A DNA stretch of 63,993 nucleotides, counting the filler, from Asterionella formosa (Eukaryota), in assembly GCA_002256025.1 (NCBI GenBank). It is 6 parts of 6 records of this genome, joined end to end, with 100 filler letters (N's around TTAATTAATTAA, not from the genome) between each part and the next. Parts side by side here need not be neighbours in the genome. Positions count along the whole stretch, not along the records: positions 32,359 to 43,026 come from NKIB01009269.1; positions 43,127 to 53,770 come from NKIB01009283.1; 4 more parts are not named here. One strand, written 5' to 3'. The notes under the pieces are model-generated. The model had not been told where the DNA came from, made no database searches, and was given only the letters and a program-made list of their open reading frames with translations. Each line of letters starts with the position of its first letter. The stretch's first letter is position 1. The translations under genes were made by a program, and so were the position numbers. This document shows, in pieces, positions 38,215-49,600 of this stretch.

Positions 38215-38520
38215 ACCACCGGTACCTGTATCGGTACTCCGGTACCATGGTACCTGGTACCAGTACCTGGTACCAGGCGGTACCACGGGTAAAAAATAAT
38301 ATTACCAGCAGAATGACCTCGCAACATGCACATAGGCCGTGTTTACCGTACCCTGGTACCTGGTACCAGGTACCTAGTACCTGGTACTCATGAAACACAA
38401 TCATGATACCGTAACTACACACTACCAGGGTACCAGGTACCAGATAACCTGTACTGGTGTCGCTCGATGCTATCCAAATGGTTAGTGGTGGTAGAGTACC
38501 TGTTACCAGGTACCCGGTAG
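38215..38520. other. Densest cluster of nested TA-CC(W)GG-TA motifs, directly upstream of PUS1
   Basis: e.g. GGTACCATGGTACCTGGTACCAGTACCTGGTACCAGG and TACCCTGGTACCTGGTACCAGGTACCTAGTACCTGGTA. Confidence 0.85.
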
Positions 38521-39237
38521 AGAAACGTACAACGATGCATTGTCATAAGATAGCTACATGATGCATCGCTACATAGGCAGTAGCAATGATTCGATTAACT
38601 ATCATGCGAGCAGTGGAATCGCTTAGCCATTCCGATTTGTTAGCTAATCTACGTGGTAGGTCGAGTAACTGGTACCTGGCACCTGGTAGCACATGTTACT
38701 ATACCAGCATCTTCAAATGCGTACATACATGTGTAGAGTCTACGACCTGTGGAGTCAATTTATACCTACAATGTACCAGTACATAGCTACCGGTACTTGA
38801 ATCACAGAGCTATTTATTGGTTATGTACGAGGTATCATGCATACCGTATACCGGTATACGTAGGGTGCAACAAACATTGAATGATTAACCTTGGGGTCTT
38901 GGGTATTTTTTATTTTTAGACCTCCATGATCATGATCAGTTGAGTTGGAATGCAGAAGTGTTGCATAAGAATATGTATACCGATAGTGAATGTATTGATA
39001 GTAAGCAATGATAATATACAAGAACAGAAGCAATCGGGGTGATGATCGTCACTTCCTCTTACCACATTGAACAAATCTTATTAGATAGAATATCGACTAC
39101 CTGGTACCAGGTACCCCTTCCTGGTATGTACCGATAGTCTAGACCACCAGTAGTTAGTTTGAGTACTTGGTACCAGCAAGTGTATTATTATTTGGGTCAT
39201 CAAAATCATTCTGCATTATACTTAATAGGTAAATGGA

Positions 39238-39690
39238 CTAGTTTAATGGATCATATTCCTTCGCTTCCTTCATCATGGCGTCATAAATATCTTGTGCTTC
39301 AAAGCCACTCTTGGGAGTCTTGATCAAGACCACAGACGTGGGTCTCTTGGTCGATGCTGCCGCTCCCAAATCTTGTTTGGACGGGACGAATAAATACGGC
39401 ACATTCTTCTCTTCCAGCAATAGTGGCAAATGTGAGACCACATCCAATGGAAAGACATCCCCCGCCAAGACACAAAGCCCTGTGTCACCCTTGCGCAACC
39501 CCTTGACAACTTCTTTCACCCCTCGTCGGACATTTTTTGCAGACGATGCCTTCTTTACGAGCTTGTGTAGTTTCTTGGTGGATTTCTTGGAAGCGAGCGG
39601 ATGGGCGATCACGTTGACGGCCTTGCAGCGGTCTTCGTATGTAATGGAAGGTTTGGAGGATGATTTCGTGTTTTCTTCAGCGTCGGACAT
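39238..39690 (-). CDS. NHP2: H/ACA snoRNP subunit NHP2 (L7Ae family)
   Basis: IAHPLA..K, RRGVKEVVK, LAGDVFPLDVVSHLP, PSKQDLGAAASTKRPTS. Start taken at MSDAEE. Confidence 0.93.
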   Translation of the reverse strand: MSDAEENTKSSSKPSITYEDRCKAVNVIAHPLASKKSTKKLHKLVKKASSAKNVRRGVKEVVKGLRKGDTGLCVLAGDVFPLDVVSHLPLLLEEKNVPYLFVPSKQDLGAAASTKRPTSVVLIKTPKSGFEAQDIYDAMMKEAKEYDPLN

Positions 39691-40478
39691 GGTGTATATG
39701 TGATCTGCGGGTGTAGCAGTTCGTTGTATTGAATTGATGATTGCGAAGCAAAAGACAATATAGAGAAGGAGGACGAGCACGAAGTAATAATAAAGTTGGT
39801 AATTTTTATTTCATGTACCGGTAGTTAGTACTGCACCATCTACCGGTATTTGATGAGATGGATGGGTACGTAAATATACCGGTGTGCAATACTAAATAAG
39901 AATAGAAGGAGTACCTGGCACCTATTTATATGTACCACTCGGAGTACCGGTAAGGCAAACCAAACGATACATTGGTACATATCATACCGGTTTTGTGTAT
40001 CACAAGCATGACATCGTTAGGAAAATACGAGCACTAAAGCAATACACTTCACTTTCATTTAGACTATTTTTATAGCCTGGGATAGGGGTGGCGGCGGTGA
40101 TCGATGGATTATGGGGCTCTTGCCGTCAACCGGTGAAAAAATCAACAATCGTCCTCGCATAACAACAGTACCAGGTACCCCTGGTACCAGTACTACCTGG
40201 TTCTCCTACTCCGTACCAGGTAGGTAATCATCGCTCAAACAGGACTCGTCCGACGAAATACGCACTCTTTGTGCACACTTCGACCCGATCGCTATCTTAG
40301 AGCTCCCCGGCAGTATGGTACCAGGGGTACCTCGTACCATGTAACTGGAAGAGTACCAGGTACCTGGTCCATAGTACCTGGTACCTGTTACTGGTAGCAG
40401 GTACTCTTCGTCACGACATGAATTTATTCTTCGACATAAAAGTACACAAATATTCCCTCGATCAGCATCTCCATCACC

Positions 40479-41303
40479 ATGATTCTTCGTTGTTGCAACA
40501 GCAGAAGGATACAAACGCCCTCCTTTTGGAAAAAGTCTATCTATTGTTGGACCGCTGCTGTTGCCACATCCACCATTTCAACAACAGCATTCGTTTGTCA
40601 TCCTTCGACTCGTTCCTTCTCCACAAAGCAACAACCTAGGCATAACATTCATCGTTCTTCCTCCGTCCACCTTACATCCGAAACCATTGAAAAAGAGACA
40701 CTCTCATGGGTCAAACGCGTCGTGATTGGTTGGAACCTTTGTCCATTTGCCGATTTTCCACTCAAGAATAATCTACTTTCTATTAAAGTCGTTCGCGGCG
40801 ACGATGATGCAGCAGTATTGGCCGCCATTACGGCTGAACTATTCTCAAGAGCCGATAGTCCTGGGACTACTCTGGTGGTGGCACCAGAATGCCACCCCAA
40901 TGACTTTATTTCCTATTTAGATGTTGTGGCAGATGCAGAGGAACTTTTGGAAAGCGACGATACCATGGACCTTCAAATTGCACCCTTTCATCCACTTTTT
41001 GAATTTGCTGATTCAAAGGGAATTAGTACATACACAAATCGATCGCCCTACCCAATGTTTCATTTATTGAGAGAAGTGGAAGTAGCAAAGGCCGTGGATA
41101 AATTGAACGGCGATGCAAGTATAGTGTGGCAACGAAATATTGACTTATTGGAGGATTTGGAAAAGACCTTGGATGATGGGGAGAAAGGAGTTGTTGCTCT
41201 TGTCACGGGGAACAGAACGGAAGAACAAGAGACTGTGCTACAACAAGTCTTGAAGCGACATGGGCCTAATAAGATTCCTCCCGGTGGGGCTACGGACCCT
41301 TAG
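40479..41303 (+). CDS. DUF1415-like protein with an organelle-targeting extension
   Basis: WVKRVVIGWNLCPFA, QIAPFHP, YTNRSPYPMFHLLRE motifs. Confidence 0.85.
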   Translation: MILRCCNSRRIQTPSFWKKSIYCWTAAVATSTISTTAFVCHPSTRSFSTKQQPRHNIHRSSSVHLTSETIEKETLSWVKRVVIGWNLCPFADFPLKNNLLSIKVVRGDDDAAVLAAITAELFSRADSPGTTLVVAPECHPNDFISYLDVVADAEELLESDDTMDLQIAPFHPLFEFADSKGISTYTNRSPYPMFHLLREVEVAKAVDKLNGDASIVWQRNIDLLEDLEKTLDDGEKGVVALVTGNRTEEQETVLQQVLKRHGPNKIPPGGATDP

Positions 41304-41526
41304 CAAGTGATGAAGGAGTGAGTGGCTATAACGAAATAAATTACTGTTCATTAATTGGAATGTGTAGAAATGAAAGATGATGACGAGAACCATTTCGTTC
41401 TTATTGAAATAGACTCAAGTGAGGTTAAGAATAAACCACTCAAAGCGTTGATTTCTTATTGTCATGTAGTTAGAAGATTAATGGGTATGTAGCGCTCACT
41501 GTCTTCTTTTTCTTTTTGGGCATGTT

Positions 41527-42267
41527 TCATTTTTGCTCTGCTTGTTGGATGGGATAGTCTATTTTGCTGGATTCGTCTGGACCCCTGGCCTCCGTATGGT
41601 CACCAGATATCTCTTCCAGTACTTGCTTAAGAGGTTTCTGCATGGCATTGGGAACAGCCTTAGCGCAGGCTGGACGTGATGTACCACCTGATTCATCATA
41701 TATTTCTTTTCCCAATGTATTGTACATTGCCATCATTTCAGAATTATCAAATCCAGAAAAGTACAAAATAGGGCATGGCTCGGAACTTATTGATACTAAT
41801 GGTGCCACAATGACACCTTCGGAGATTACTTGCTGCAAGACATCAGCCACCGTAAGTTCTAACAATGTTGACGTTGCCGCTTCTTGAATCCTTGCTAACG
41901 CAACTCCCTTGGCACTAGCCTTGGGTGCAACATCTCCCAACATGTCGTAAATTTCCTCATTGTCAACTCCCGGAGGAATTTGGTACAGGATCAATACAGG
42001 ACCTGGTCCAAAGGCATCCTCAGTCTCGTCTAATTTGATAAAGTCTTGTCCTCGGTCTTGTAAAAAATTTGAAATGGAATCCAAAAACCCCATCGGCCTG
42101 GATACTGTCGTTGTCGTGTGCTGACGGGTGCTGGCTGATGCGTGATAATGGTGATGACCAACTACAAAAGCGCTAATGATGATGCCCTTATTGTTGTTCC
42201 AGGTCATTATCATTGGCGCAAACAACATTAAAAATAACATTGGAGATTTCGAGGTTATAGTCGTCAT
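41527..42267 (-). CDS. Plastid-targeted DUF3783-like protein
   Basis: ISAFVV signal; C-terminal ILYFSG...ACAKAVPNAMQKPLKQVLEEISGDH. Confidence 0.75.
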   Translation of the reverse strand: MTTITSKSPMLFLMLFAPMIMTWNNNKGIIISAFVVGHHHYHASASTRQHTTTTVSRPMGFLDSISNFLQDRGQDFIKLDETEDAFGPGPVLILYQIPPGVDNEEIYDMLGDVAPKASAKGVALARIQEAATSTLLELTVADVLQQVISEGVIVAPLVSISSEPCPILYFSGFDNSEMMAMYNTLGKEIYDESGGTSRPACAKAVPNAMQKPLKQVLEEISGDHTEARGPDESSKIDYPIQQAEQK

Positions 42268-42599
42268 TCAAGGAGTAGGTCCGATATCAGCAAATGCTGG
42301 ACACAGAATAAATGTCCCGGTAATACACAGGTTGAGTGTCAAACAATTATTTTTAAGAATTGAAATCGCATACCGTACTGGTACTATAGACCAGGTAACA
42401 TATACATGCACGTCAAGTATTGAAGTGTTCAGTTCTGGTACTGGTACATCCGAAAATTGTGCCTAAAATCGTACAACGGAAATAATTTTGGGGTGTTAAA
42501 TTTTATTTCCTAACTATCCAGAACTTCAAATATATTACAGAGCGCGTCGTGCAAGGGCTGGCATGTTTCCGTAGAGGCTTGGCTTACGCTCTTGACCCT

Positions 42600-42731
42600 T
42601 GCTGCTTAAGTTAAAAATAAATAAGAATTTGATGCTCAAGTTAAAAGTAAATTAGCGTTTGGTGCTTAAGTTATAAGTAAATAGTGTTAGGTGCTTAAGT
42701 TGAAATTAAAATAGCACGCATTTGGTGCTTA
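42600..42731. repeat. ~30-bp tandem repeat, ~4.5 copies
   Basis: Repeated TGCTTAAGTTRAARTAAAT units. Confidence 0.75.
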
Positions 42732-42734
42732 TTA

Positions 42735-43026
42735 GGCCGTTGCTAACGGTGGACCAAAACCCAAACCAAACAGTGTTTTGGTTTCGGTAACCCTAAAAAA
42801 CGATGCTAACGGGAGTGAAAAACCCAACGCAAACGCATTACGTTTAGGGGATTCCGTGCCCATATCCCAATAAGTTACCCAAACGCATTACGTTTAGGTT
42901 TTTTTTTCCCAAAGTTACCTAAACGTAGGATTCCATATGGACTACTTTGAATGTAGTCACTAGAAACCCAATTATTATCATCGTAGAATCAGTACATATA
43001 GGACGCATCATTTACCAGTATATCAT
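42735..43026. mobile_element. Possible PIF/Harbinger-like element end, cut by the scaffold end
   Basis: TTA|GGCCGTTGCTAACG start; repeated GCTAACGG and AAACGCATTACGTTTAGG subterminal motifs. No partner TIR is visible. Confidence 0.4.
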
Positions 43027-44099
43027 NNNNNNNNNNNNNNNNNNNNNNNNNNNNNNNNNNNNNNNNNNNNTTAATTAATTAANNNNNNNNNNNNNNNNNN
43101 NNNNNNNNNNNNNNNNNNNNNNNNNNTGGAAAGTAGCTACTAGCTAGGAAAAAAGGCATGTTGGGATTGCATGCTGCTTTGATGATTTGCGTTTTTGTTG
43201 CTGCTTGATGATGATGGGTGATGCAATGAATTTAAGCTATCATCATGTTACTTGCCCATATAGTAAGCAATCACGCAAACATGTATCTACTACACAGCTA
43301 TCAGTTCATGTGGTAGACTCCTACAATCAGCAACTACAGTACATACGGTTAGGATCACACCAGAATGAGGAGAATTTTTGTCCCAACAGATTTTTGGTTG
43401 GACATTTGGTGGTGTCAGGTTAACTACTACTATGATGCCAGCACCATCACTTGCACACCAACGAAATGAGGAGGCAGGTGCAAACATGATGCTCCACATA
43501 ATGTTGTCTAGAGCCAATACTATACAGCTTGATGTATGGTGTCCTGAACAAGCTTCCACCTACTAGCTAGTATGACTGGGCAAGTCAGCATTTCATGAGG
43601 ACTAAAGCTAATGAACAGGGATGCAACTATATATATGATGCCCAAGAAAAATGTGATATGTATGAAGCTTGTGATAAGCCTTCTTGCTGTTATTTGCAAA
43701 GAGTGCGGGTCTTGAAGGGGAAATATTGTTTGTGTGATTGGAATTTTTTAAAACAGTACATCAGGTTGTTGTGGAAAACAATGATATCCTCATGCACTGT
43801 ATATATTTAAATTATGTATAAGCTTATCTGATGATAGAATACACACAATGTACGATATAAAGTGTAGCTTTGAATTATGAAAGTGTTCAACTGTATATAT
43901 ATTTATATATTTCAAATTTTTATCAATGTATACATGGTTAATACCTTTGAAATCATGTTTAACGATTCCTTGTCATGCAGCCGTACCGGTACACATTCTG
44001 GAATGAAAGATCACATCAGCCACATCAAAAGGAAAACTGAAGTAACGATAAAACACAATGATACGACACCTAGCGGCTTAGAGAAGGATTGAAAATGGA

Positions 44100-45033
44100 A
44101 AAGTGAATGGAATCTATCCATTGTACGTCAAGGGCATATGCCAGAATGATCAATTGTGGCATTAACAAAGACTAAATGATTGCTTCCTTCTCAAGTGATT
44201 CAATAGCTCATTTTGCATTCGGTAGGAAACCACCAATGTTGACAAAACAAAATTGGTAAGTGCAGTTGTTGGACCAATGCTCAACTGTTAGAACATAATT
44301 GAAACATGCGTGTTTCTTATCTTTCAGGATAATTGTAATCAAACAGTTTTGTTGTTAGTAAACATGACATTCTTGCTTGGTGGAATGATTTATAGATGTG
44401 GTCTACTTATGCGATATTCGACTAACAGATTATTATGAGAAAAATTCATCGATTTCTGATTTCTGGTAAGTGAAGCATGATAAAATGGAACTGCAACATT
44501 GAGGTTTAAGCAAAACATGGCTAACGACGAGTAATTCCTTCTGATTGTAAGTATGTTTAGGAAATCAAAATGAATAATACAATAGAATAGCGCATGCGAA
44601 TTCATAAACGGAGAAAACAGAAGGGGGATAGGCAGAAGGCAATCAGATGAGTTTCAGAATCAGAGTGAAAGGGAGGTGGGAGGCATGATTCATCAACAGC
44701 ATTGTTGAGACAATCATAGAAAAGGGAAACATGGTGTAACCGCACAGAATATAGAAACAAAAATATTGTTTCTAGATCTAGCAGTAAAATTACAGTCCAT
44801 TTCAACCTATTTTCAATAGCGATTTCGATTAGAATTACCATCATGGTAAGTTAGATATATGATGACAGAATGTACATCATAGGATAATGTTTTGATAATT
44901 AAATGGTGTGTTGTTTTTTATAAGTATACTTGACATGCTGATCATATACTTATGCTATACATTTATCATACATATAACGAAATAAGTATCATGTGGCAAA
45001 AAATTCTGTGCGACATATCGTATGATGCCAGTG
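44100..45033 (-). mobile_element. Diverged end of a CACTA-like element related to 17730-18814
   Basis: Colinear shared blocks (GATTCAA.AGCTC; CACCAATGT..AAACAAAA..TTGGTAAGTGC; TGGTAAGTGAA; CATTTCAA.CTATTTT). The reverse complement of the end reads CACTGGCATCATACG. Confidence 0.5.
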
Positions 45034-45840
45034 ATCTTATAACTATAATATTTTTTATTTGCAGATGGGGTGCTCCATGGTCTGTGTATATTGTAATTGT
45101 CTAAAATTTCTTAGCACGACATTAGAAATAAATGTTAGGTGTCTTAATTAATATGCCATTCTTCCCTTGTTTGCTTTTCACACCCGTTGATAACATCAAT
45201 CAAGATTTTTTGGATTGCCTTGTTTACAATGATCTTTCTTGTCTAGTCCTACCCTCCTGTGAACATCCATATGTACCACCCTTTCATTATATTTGGCCAC
45301 CTGGGAATGTTGTTCACACCCTTGGATTCTTTGGAACACATTTCTGCTTCATTTTAACCATTTCCATTTGGCGTAGAATGATATATCAATGTAAGGAATT
45401 GATAAATGATAGATTTATCCTATTTTTACCTGTAGTATGATATGATGCCTTTACCAGCAGGACCAAGGAATTCTCGTCATTGACGATTTTTCATGTGAGA
45501 CAAACAACAAAACTATAGTTCAATAAATTTTTCAAATTTTGCACCCCAATATATGAAGGAGGGGTCGTTGGGTAGGGCTTGTGTTACTGTTTGAGCTTTA
45601 TGCTACCACAGATATATATAGTTAGTGTAAGTCGGTGATAATATTCTAGTTATAATATCATATACCTCGTCACGAATTCAACAAGATCTTCTTCAATTCC
45701 TACAGTATCGTAACTCTTATCAAGCCTTCTTGGGCAACTCCATTTCATTGTAAAATTTTTGTCCGTGTCCTTTCACTCATTTATAAAATTCCGAATGCAC
45801 AGCACACAAACGAAATATTCACTTTCCTCTCGTCATTCAT

Positions 45841-46095
45841 TTAAACTTTTGTGTTTGCCTTTTCCTTGAGTTTCTCAATAATTGCGGTACGCTCTTCTGC
45901 CGTACTATTCTTCATGTCTGACAATAACGTCTTATAGAATGGATGATCCGTCACACAATCAGTCACTTGAAAGCGTAACCCGCGGCAACGCATCGGAGCA
46001 CGGCCGTAGGGAGTTGTTGCCATGCATTCCTTGTAGAGATCAGTTATTTCAGGACAGCGCTTGCTGGCAAGTTCCATGTCTTGTTCAGTCAGCAT
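45841..46095 (-). CDS. Small twin-CX9C (CHCH-type) protein, putative mitochondrial intermembrane space
   Basis: 84 aa from MLTEQ; C-PEITDLYKE-C ... C-RGLRFQVTD-C. Confidence 0.6.
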   Translation of the reverse strand: MLTEQDMELASKRCPEITDLYKECMATTPYGRAPMRCRGLRFQVTDCVTDHPFYKTLLSDMKNSTAEERTAIIEKLKEKANTKV

Positions 46096-46682
46096 GATGG
46101 ATGGGCAAGGGAAGAAAGTGTTTGTGGGTGGGTGTGTTTGTTGTACAGAAAGCAACCGCAGAGACAGTAAAATATAAAATATGTATCATTTCTATTACAT
46201 ACCGGTCTAGAATAAATAGCAAAATCTTGACAGGGGCAGGCAACAAGGAATGGGCTGCTGCTGCTTGGCTGATGAACCGATGATGCTGCTGGTGTTGCTC
46301 AATACTAACCGGCGGAGCGGACTTCGGATAAAATGTGACATATTAGTGTCTTTATGGCTAGTAATGCAAAAAAATAATCCGTCCGTAAATGACTTCACAG
46401 ACATACCGGTGCTGGTAGTAGAGCAGGCATTACCTGGTACTCCTACCAGGTACTGTATGAAGTACCCGTGAGCATCAATCAATCACATGCTCATGGCTCG
46501 CCATGACAAGGGGGATCATTTAATTTTTGTTAGCTATTAAATTTGTTTCCAGTTTTTGTTTTACTTTTATGTATGTTTGCAAAATAGAAATTCTCTCAAG
46601 CCTCTCTCACATATACCAGCAGCGCCTTGAGTCCTTCTTGTGAACAGATCAACCAATCGTAGCTTTGTAGTCAACAAATACA

Positions 46683-47968
46683 ATGACGACCACCTCCACC
46701 GCGATGGATGGCCCTTGCTCTGCCAACATTGGCAACCTCCCACTTCCCGCAGTCTCGACGCACAGAACCAATTGTCGGGGAGAAACAATTGTTTTGGGCA
46801 TTGAAGGATCTGCTAATAAAGTGGGGGTGGGAGTTGTACGATACAGCCCCTCCAATCAATCGTATGACACCATGAGTAATCCTAGAAAGACATTTATAGC
46901 ACCGACGGGACAAGGGTTTCTACCCAAAGAAACGGCATGGCATCATCAGAATCATATTGTTGGTACGGTTGGTTGCTTGTTCCTTTTGTGATTTTTCATA
47001 CGCATGGCTTTGCTTTGTACCAAATTCCTTTCTCACTTTAATTCATTCATCCTCAATATCATATCCAATACGGATGCTGCGCAGCCCTCATTCGGACTGC
47101 CCTATCCGAAGCCTTTCCCAACGACCCTGTTCCCCACCTACAATTATCTGGTATTTGCTTCACCAAGGGCCCCGGCATGGGGGCTCCTCTACAATCCTGT
47201 GCCATTGCCGCTCGTATGTTATCACTGTTATGGAAAATACCACTCGTTGCTGTCAATCATTGTGTCGGTCACATTGAAATGGGCCGAGTTGCCACTGGTG
47301 CCACAGATCCCGTTGTGTTGTACGTGTCAGGGGGAAACACTCAAGTCATTTCCTATTCCAATCAGCGCTATCGCATATTTGGAGAAACGATTGATATTGC
47401 CATTGGAAATTGTTTGGATCGCTTTGCTCGAGTCATTGGACTTTCCAATGACCCATCGCCAGGATACAACATAGAACAAGAAGCCAAGACGGCAGGGGCG
47501 CAATTCCTAGACCTCCCGTACGTTGTGAAAGGCATGGACGTTTCTTTTTCAGGTATTTTGACCCATGTGGAACAATTGACAAAATCTGACGACTTTATAA
47601 ATAAGAGAATTACCAAGGCAGACTTGTGTTTTTCACTCCAAGAAACCCTCTTTGCCATGCTAGTAGAAATTACAGAACGAGCCATGGCACATTGTGGTCA
47701 GTCACAAGTATTGATGGTGGGAGGTGTTGCTTGCAATGTACGATTGCAGGAGATGATGGCCAGCATGGTAGCCGATAGAGGTGGAACACTCTGTGCAATG
47801 GACCACAGGTATTGCATTGACAACGGGGCCATGATTGCTCAAGCTGGCATAATGAGTCTATTATTTGGAATAACTACACCTCTCAAGGACACATGGTGTA
47901 CACAACGGTTTCGTACAGATCAAGTCAAGGCAATTTGGAGAGCACCATCCAAATGGAAACATTCCTAG
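46683..47968 (+). CDS. KAE1: tRNA t6A threonylcarbamoyltransferase Kae1/OSGEP; two exons, intron 46963-47084
   Basis: [59 protein letters not shown]. The GTACGG...GCAG intron restores the frame. Confidence 0.95.
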
Positions 47969-49600
47969 TTTTATTCCAATCAGCAATGACGTGTTGGATG
48001 CTGTTTTCGAAATTCGCAGACTGTCATTGCTATAAAAAGGACGAAGAAGGAAAGTAATCCATTGCAAAGTGATGAACATTGTGGTGGTTATGAATTTTTA
48101 GTATGTATTATTATAGTCCAAAGGGGACCAAAAACTACTGGTAGACCACTAAATGTAGTTTTACCAGAACCTGAATGCTAGTAACATATCATTTAGCTTT
48201 CAGGTGATGCATTTGGCATTGCCAATGGCCATAATATCCAAATGTTGTTATTGAATACCTGTAACAGCATGTATAGTCATCGCTGCCATTTTCACGGGAG
48301 TCTAGGTGTCAGGAGATATGCATAATTCTCCAACCAAACTGAATGGTGGGAGTTGCTAGTAGCTGTATTAGGTGATGAAGCCTGGCATTGTTCACAGGTT
48401 GGCCTTCCAGTTGTAGGACCAATAATGAATGATGCATCCTCCTTCGAACTCACTCTTTGATAGTGAATAGCAGTCTGACACAATTTAGTTTGAACGCACT
48501 GATTAGGTCAGTTCAATGACCATTCATGTACATCCAAATGTGCTTGCTCAATATGAGCTGTGGTGTTCTTTGCTTGTGTGTTTTACCCATGGATCTGACC
48601 TATGCAGGAGGATGGACTGTATATTTGGTCTTCGGGGTTTTCTCCTTCCTTCCAAAGGACCCAGTCAACCATTCCCAAATTTATCAAAAATCTTTGTAGG
48701 ATTTATTTCATTACTGCAATCATGATCTTGTCATTCTCATCAAAGACTTGGGCTTGGCCAAGGTACTTGGCAGATTGCTACATTTTCACCTGGTAGCNNN
48801 NNNNNNNNNNNNNNNNNNNNNNNNNNNNNNNNNNNNNNNNNNNNNNNNNNNNNNNNNNNNNNNNNNNNNNNNNNNNNNNNNNNNNNNNNNNNNNNNNNNN
48901 NNNNNNNNNNNNNNNNNNNNNNNNNNNNNNNNNNNNNNNNNNNNNNNNNNNNNNNNNNNNNNNNNNNNNNNNNNNNNNNNNNNNNNNNNNNNNNNNNNNN
49001 NNNNNNNNNNNNNNNNNNNNNNNNNNNNNNNNNNNNNNNNNNNNNNNNNNNNNNNNNNNNNNNNNNNNNNNNNNNNNNNNNNNNNNNNNNNNNNNNNNNN
49101 NNNNNNNNNNNNNNNNNNNNNNNNNNNNNNNNNNNNNNNNNNNNNNNNNNNNNNNNNNNNNNNNNNNNNNNNNNNNNNNNNNNNNNNNNNNNNNNNNNNN
49201 NNNNNNNNNNNNNNNNNNNNNNNNNNNNNNNNNNNNNNNNNNNNNNNNNNNNNNNNNNNNNNNNNNNNNNNNNNNNNNNNNNNNNNNNNNNNNNNNNNNN
49301 NNNNNNNNNNNNNNNNNNNNNNNNNNNNNNNNNNNNNNNNNNNNNNNNNNNNNNNNNNNNNNNNNNNNNNNNNNNNNNNNNNNNNNNNNNNNTCAGTCCG
49401 CGCGCATAGAAAACAATTCAATGCTATGAAAATCGAGGAACGCACAAGCAACATCAGCCATTCCCAGAATATTTGTAATACCTACAGTCCGGTATGCTAT
49501 TTTTCACACCGTCTTGTCATCATTTGACTCCCTCTCCATATGCCTTATTGTTCTGTTGACCTTGTCCCTTTTCTTCTTCCTTGATCTCCTCTCCATAGCA

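Noticed and set aside
38215..38520. CCWGG/GGTACC clusters as bacterial Dcm or restriction-site arrays or cloning artefacts
   Set aside because: The motifs are heterogeneous, nested at TA, confined to non-coding DNA and polymorphic between paralogous repeats, which fits in vivo insertion better.
48798..49392. Long ORFs across the N-run
   Set aside because: Ordinary assembly gap translated as X.
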